Source: Paraspadella gotoi (lineage: Eukaryota; Animalia; Chaetognatha). Taken from it: a stretch of 64,000 nt of DNA. The stretch's first letter is position 1, and the number at the start of each line of letters is the position of its first letter. This document shows positions 57,838 to 64,000 of this stretch, in pieces. The stretch spans positions 12,843,081 to 12,907,080 of the forward strand of contig CM119267.1 in the NCBI GenBank assembly GCA_051294375.1, written 5' to 3'. A model generated the notes under the pieces. That model saw only the letters and a program-made list of their open reading frames with translations, searched no databases and was not told the DNA's origin. The position numbers and the translations under genes are program-made.

Positions 57838-60800
57838 GGCGTAGTGAAAGTTACATACGAAAATTCTAAAAAGTCAATTATGAACAACATACCATCAGTG
57901 AACATTAATTTATAAAAAAAAATTATTTTGTTTTTTAATTTTCGCAGTAGGCTATCCACGGTTCCTTTTTACATCGATTTAATCGGCATGGAGTGCACAA
58001 GAATGAGATGTCCCGGGATACGTTTCCGGACCTTTGGGCTACACAAAAAAAGGGTAATCAAATTTTTCCTAATGACAGCTTTTTTATAAATTAATATTAA
58101 AATTAGCTATATAAAATCAATAAAGTAGAATAAAAAAATTAAAAAATGGTTTAAATTTTTTTTAAAATGAAAATATCATGCATCATCCATAATCTATGAA
58201 CAATTTTCTTTCGTTTGAGTCCATAACCATTATTCTATCTTTAATAGTTTATTTGTAATTAATTTTTCTTTATTAAAATATTATTTTAATTTTTTTTCAA
58301 TAATTTAAATTAAAAAAAATTATAACTATGCCAAATGATTGAAGAAAAATTTTATATTATAAGGGACTTACCTACCTAATATAGGCCTTCAAATACATAT
58401 ATAGTAAGTTTATTATGATGATGTTTTGACATAGAAATAAATAATTTATAAAATTAAATATATGAAAAAAATTTTAACTTTGAATTTTTTTTTTAGCATA
58501 ATAAACATAATTATTAATTAATTGTTCATGATGCTTTTAATAGCTACTGGTCAGTTGTATCATTCTCAATTAATAATAATTTTATAACTTCTTTTATTTT
58601 TAATAACACTGACTGCTATATTTACTTACTTTTGACAAAATCCAAAAATTACTGATATTAAAAATTATGTATGAAACAGACAAAAACTTTTTTTTAAAAT
58701 CACATGCTATTTAATTGTTTGAACTGATATAATATTATCCTTGGACAAAATTCAAAAAGTTTTAATCAATCCCAACTAGTCATTTTTAAGGTTGTCAAAT
58801 GTATAAATAATTGATATTCGGACTGCTTTGTAGGTTTTAACTTAATTCAGTAGCCTCTTTTAATATGACAGAAAAGCAGTATATTTAACAGTTTTTTTAT
58901 TTGGAGTGGACATCAAAGTTCTAATACATATTAACGTCAGTATATTTGTTAAGTATAGTAGATTCCTCTATAGATTTTTTAATTTTTTGAAAACATTTTA
59001 CTTTTTTTTCTATAATTTTTTGACACGCAAAACGTTTCTTTGATTACGCTAAAGAGAATGTAAAAAATTAAAAATAAATAGTACCAATAGTTAGAGTTAT
59101 GTCTAGAATAGATGAAAAAAAACCTTGTTTAAAAATTTGATTGGGAAGTGGGGTAACTAAGGCTTACCAACGGTATCCTCCATGCTGTTCGTTCTCTCAA
59201 TTAATTTTTTTAATTTAATACATTTCAAAGGGAAAAAAAGAAAATTCAGAATGCAGGTGGCATAAAGGGTAGAGAAAATCTGTACATAGTGACATGATAA
59301 TAATGACCTTTTATGTCTTGCGTAATGGGGGCAGTAAAGAAACCTTAAAAAATGCAATCATTAAGTCAGTCAATGAACCCTTTTTGCGAATTTTTTTTTC
59401 TTAATTAAAATGGATGATAAATAATAGAATTAAATTCCCTTTATAAAGGTTGTTATATTTAAAAGAAAATTAGCAATACAATTCAACACAATGATGTCTT
59501 GCTTTGTCAAATATGTCAGCAGTTAAGTAATTTTTTAAAATTTTATTACGATAAACAAGCAGTATATCAAGCTTTTGCTTTGCAGTTGAAGATAATGAAA
59601 AATGATTATTTTTTTCACAGACAAGAAGGTAGACGTCCAGACCGTTTATATCAAGCTGAAAAAATTTTATTATTTATCATTTTTCATATTTAAAAAAACA
59701 TTTTATCAAGCTACTACAAATTTTTTGCTTGTTTTTTATTTTAACTAAAAAATACAAGCAAATTTATAAAGTTGAGAAAATTTAATGATAATTAAAATGT
59801 AATTCAGACTTTCCTCTTTCAATGTACAAAAGAAAAACAAAAAAATTTCATATGCCTTCATTGAAATTTGTAATGCAAAAACTGTTATACTTTTAACTCG
59901 TATTTAAATAAAAACTGTGTAAAGATTTATGGATAAAATTTAATAAAACTGTTCTAGAAATGTGTCCCATGATTAGGGCTTTAATTTGATACCACACCCA
60001 CCTTGCTCCCTCTTTTTTTTCAAAAGATATTCAAGACAATAACTTTTTTTATTACTTTTTTGCATCTTGCAGTTTTTTTTAAACAACCTAACTTTTGGCC
60101 TTAAAAATGTCGAGTTGGGATTGTTTAAAACTTTTTAAATTTTGTCCAAGGATAATATAATATCACTCCAAAAAATTAAATAGCATCTGATTTAAAAAAA
60201 AGTTTTCGTCTGTTTCATACATAATTTTTAATATCAGTAATTTTGGATTTTGTCAAAAGTAAGTAAATATAGCAGTCAGTATTACTAAAAATAAAAGAAG
60301 TTATCAAATTATTATAATTGAAAAGGATACAACTGACCAGTAGCTATTAAAAGCATCATGAACAAATAATTAAAAATTATGTTTATTATGCTAAAAAAAA
60401 ATTCAAAGTTATCAATTTTTTCATATATTTAATTATTTAAATTATTTATTTTCTATATCAAAACATCATCATAATAAACTTACTATATATGTATTTGAAA
60501 GCCTATATTAGGTAGGTAAGTCCATTATAATATAAAATTTTTCTTCTATCATTTGGCATAGTTATAATTTTTTTTAATTTAAATTACCTGAAAAAAAATT
60601 AAAATATATTTTAATAAAGAAAAATTAATTACAAATAAACTATTAAAGATAGAATAATGGTTATGGTTTATAAAAAAACTGTCATTAGGAAAAATTTGTT
60701 TACCCTTTTTTTGTGTAGCCCAAAGGTCCGGAAACGTATCCCGGGACATCTCATTCTTGTTGCACTCCATGCCGATTAAATCGATGTAAAAAGGAACCGT

Positions 60801-61271
60801 GTATCCTTATAAAATAAAAAAAAATCAAAATAGGCTTTTCTTAATTTTGATTGCAGATTTGAATTCCTTGTAAAAAGTTGATAAAAGAAAATATAAATCA
60901 TTTTTAAAAATTCTTTCATTGAGTGGGTTAAAAATTAAAAAAACTATATTTAATAGATAAAAAATTAATTTTCAGCTTAAAATATAGCTTTTTCTAAATT
61001 TTGACCCACCTAATGAAGGAATTTTTCAAAAAGAGTTATATTTCTTTATATCAACTTTTTATGACGAATCCAAATCTACAAAAAAATCTTAGAAAAAACT
61101 GTTTTGAAATTTTAACATTTATTGGATTAGTACTACTATAAATATGGCCTACGGCGTAAATTGTAAAATTTATTACAAACTTTTTTATTACATAAATGTT
61201 CATTAGTATAATGTTGTTCGTTCCTCACTTTTAGAATTTTAATTAGTTATATTTAGAAATTTTACTACGCC
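57838..61271. mobile_element. Kolobok-like MITE (TTAA TSD) carrying a nested foldback element
   Basis: ttaa-GGCGTAGT...ACTACGCC-ttaa. Degenerate inverted arms at ~57838-57950 and ~61145-61271. Confidence 0.7.
57957..60801. mobile_element. Foldback-type DNA transposon with ~700-800-bp TIRs
   Basis: Arms 57957-58778 and 60112-60801 are highly similar inverted repeats (right arm has a deletion). CACGGTTCC termini. Flanked by tatc/tatc. Confidence 0.85.
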
Positions 61272-61559
61272 TTAATGTTTATTCAAGAATACTCGATTTT
61301 TCTGATTAGTTTTTTTTATTTATTCATAGACATTCATTTAAGTTAAAGAGTAAGAAATATTGGAAAAATTATACATTCGCCGACTGATTTTCCAGTTTTT
61401 CGCTTTTTATGAGAAAAAAAAAAATATTTTAGAAAAATATTTCGAAATTAAAAAGTTTTCTTCATCATTTTTTTTTTGCGTATAAAATCCCTTTACCCTC
61501 ACTACCCTTAACCAGTAACCAAAACCAACCTTATCCTTAACCACCCTTAAATTTAACTA

Positions 61560-62395
61560 CAGGAGGCTTCATATTAGAAAATGATACGCCGTTTTTTTTA
61601 ACCGAGAATCCGTTCCCCACAAACTACTCGATCAAATTTATTAAAATTTGGCATAATGGTAGGCTTTGGCTATATGCGGAAGGCCAACGATCTGGCCAAT
61701 GTCAATGTCATAAGACGATCAAGTAAATGTAGTAACAAGAACCAAAGAGCAACAGGAAATAAAACTTAAACAAAATGAGGCATAAATCATAAGTAAGTCA
61801 CATGCTATAAAGTAAACGTAAAAGTAAGAGAACCAAATATAAATAACTGTTGTGACTCGCGGATGAACGGAGGCAGGCAATCCTGAAGGGGAGAAAGCAA
61901 AGGGTAAAAAGAATTTATTTGCGGCATCAGTAGTTGCATTGATGTCTTAACGACAAAAAAAAAACTATTTTACATTTAAAATTGATGTATTTTTGTTAAA
62001 TAGACGTTGTTTGAAGATGCATTGTTCATCATTTTACTTCAATTTTTTTTTGTTATTTCAAATCTGGTATGAACCGCTGATGTTTATGGACATAAAAATT
62101 AAGGTTAACTAGTTTTATGTTAGTAATAAATACGTTTTTCACGTTGAATGTCTATACAACTGTTCAATACTAAAATTTGGAAAAAAATTTTGACAACTTT
62201 TGCCGTGTGGGTAACCCCCATAGGGGCTCATATCTCGGCTTCAGGGTCAAATATTGAAATTAGCTTCGATAGTTTTATTTGTATTCTCACAAGGATCATA
62301 TATACAAAATTTCAACATATTTGGTCCAGTAGTTATTCCAGAACCAATTCTAGGCACAAAAAACGGCGTATCATTTTTTAATATGAAGCCTTCTG
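61560..62395. mobile_element. Tc1/mariner-like MITE
   Basis: ta-CAGGAGGCTTCATATTAGAAAATGATACGCCG...CGGCGTATCATTTTTTAATATGAAGCCTTCTG-ta. Confidence 0.8.
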
Positions 62396-64000
62396 TACTC
62401 TTAATCTTAACACTCACTACCTTTAACTCTAATTTCCCCTAATATTTGAAAATAGTGTTGTTTTTTTTTTTTCAACTTAAAAAAATCTAGAAAAAACTAA
62501 GATACTATTGAGATAAGTGAAAATCATTCTTTAAAAAAATTAAACATTTTTCTAATAGAGATTTCCATTCAAAACTGACTGCCCAACTTTACAAACGGGC
62601 CTGCAAGAAATTCCGGTAGAAAAATTGTAAAAACGCACGATTCCAATAGCGTTGCATCTCAAGAGCTCAACTTTTTGTTCTTGTTGCAACAAAGATACAG
62701 GGATGGCAATAGTACCAAAATGAAGCCATAATTATAGGGCATATACAATAGAGTGGAGCACTGGGGAACATAAATTTTATTTGAGTGAACAAATAAGGAT
62801 ATTTAGACGTGAGATAGTATGATTAAGGCATACAAAAAATATTTTGCTTATATTTTTGGGGAACAGTATCATTAATTACAATATTTTTATAGTAATATCC
62901 TTATAAAATAATAAATTTTTAAAATATTTTTTAAAAAATTTTTATCAAAGATTCTGATTCTTCATAAAAAGTTAGATCAAAAATATAAAATATGTTATTA
63001 AAAATTTCAATGTCTTCAGTATTAAAAATGGAAGAAAAGATCAAAATTCTTTACTTTTTCATGCTCTGTAGTAGAAACTATTATATGATGAAACGTTTTA
63101 ATCATTTTTCGCAGCTTTAAACTAAAAATATTATAAATTATATATTACAAAAGTTTTTTTAGTTTTTTCCGGCGAATCCGAAACTGTTCTTAATATTAAA
63201 AAAATATTATTTTGAATTTTTTTTGATTTTATAAGGATATTACTCAAAAGAAAATTAAATTAATGATACTGTTATGCAAAAAATTTTTTATTACATATAC
63301 AAAAGAGGCAAAAAAACGTTGTTCCATCGCTCAATATTTTCATCACTCCACCCTAATATACAAGATACAAATTTAAAATAATTTTTTTAAACATTATGTA
63401 TAGACGAGAGTTCCGATAACCGTTAAGTTAACGGTTATTAACGATTAAAAATAATTTTAACTTAACCGTTAATAGAGCCAAACTTCGTCAATGGGGTGGG
63501 TCAGAAGTTTCATTTGGGAACCTTTCCAAATGAAACTTCATACATTTCTGTGAAAACTTTCAATGGAGCAAAATTTTCTAAAATGGCAAGAAGCATTAGT
63601 AATTATTTTTTTAATATTTATTTATAGATAGGAAATGTCAAAAATTTTTTTTGAATTTTTTATTTTTAAAAGCAGATTCAAATAGCTTATGAAAAGTTAT
63701 CTACACAAAGTATAATTCTTTTTCCAATATTTTGATGATAAGTGGGTTTAAATTGAAAAAAACCTTAAAAAATCATCATCATCATCCGATGATTTTAGCA
63801 GTTTTTACTAATTTTTAGTAATAAAACATCAAAATTTTAAAAAGTTGTAATTATATTTTTTGCTTAACCTTTTAAGCTCTATCAGAATCAATTAAAAAAA
63901 CTTAAAATATCAAAAAAAAATTTTTGACATTATATAGTAATATAATAATATTAATTAGCAAATTACTCATGGTTCGAAACATTTTTGCAAAAAAATATTT

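Overview
AT-rich eukaryotic genomic DNA, most likely from an invertebrate animal, with spliceosomal introns and several N gaps. Four genes are supported. (1) A giant minus-strand type II membrane protein gene (exons 18703 down to 4241, at least ~2800 aa): disordered N-terminal tail, one TM helix, a long N-glycosylation-rich helical stalk, then an IgGFc-binding (FCGBP N-terminal-like) domain. (2) An intronless disordered protein ending in a USPL1-type Cys4 motif (42980-44527). (3) A multi-exon DCAF17 (44696-54419). (4) An intronless cysteine dioxygenase (57198-57824). The rest is densely nested non-autonomous transposons: hAT-, Tc1/mariner- and Kolobok-like MITEs, Helentron/HINE-like repeats, a tRNA-SINE and Penelope-type hammerhead-ribozyme fragments. 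The most notable mobile elements are a TRIM family (7 loci, 4-bp TSDs, tRNA-Trp-like PBS, PPT) whose LTRs contain a tRNA-like Pol III unit, analogous to Cassandra, and a non-coding LTR element nested in one TRIM whose 'PBS' is a 55-nt antisense copy of mature tRNA-Lys(CTT). All homology calls come from motif recognition by eye, not database searches.
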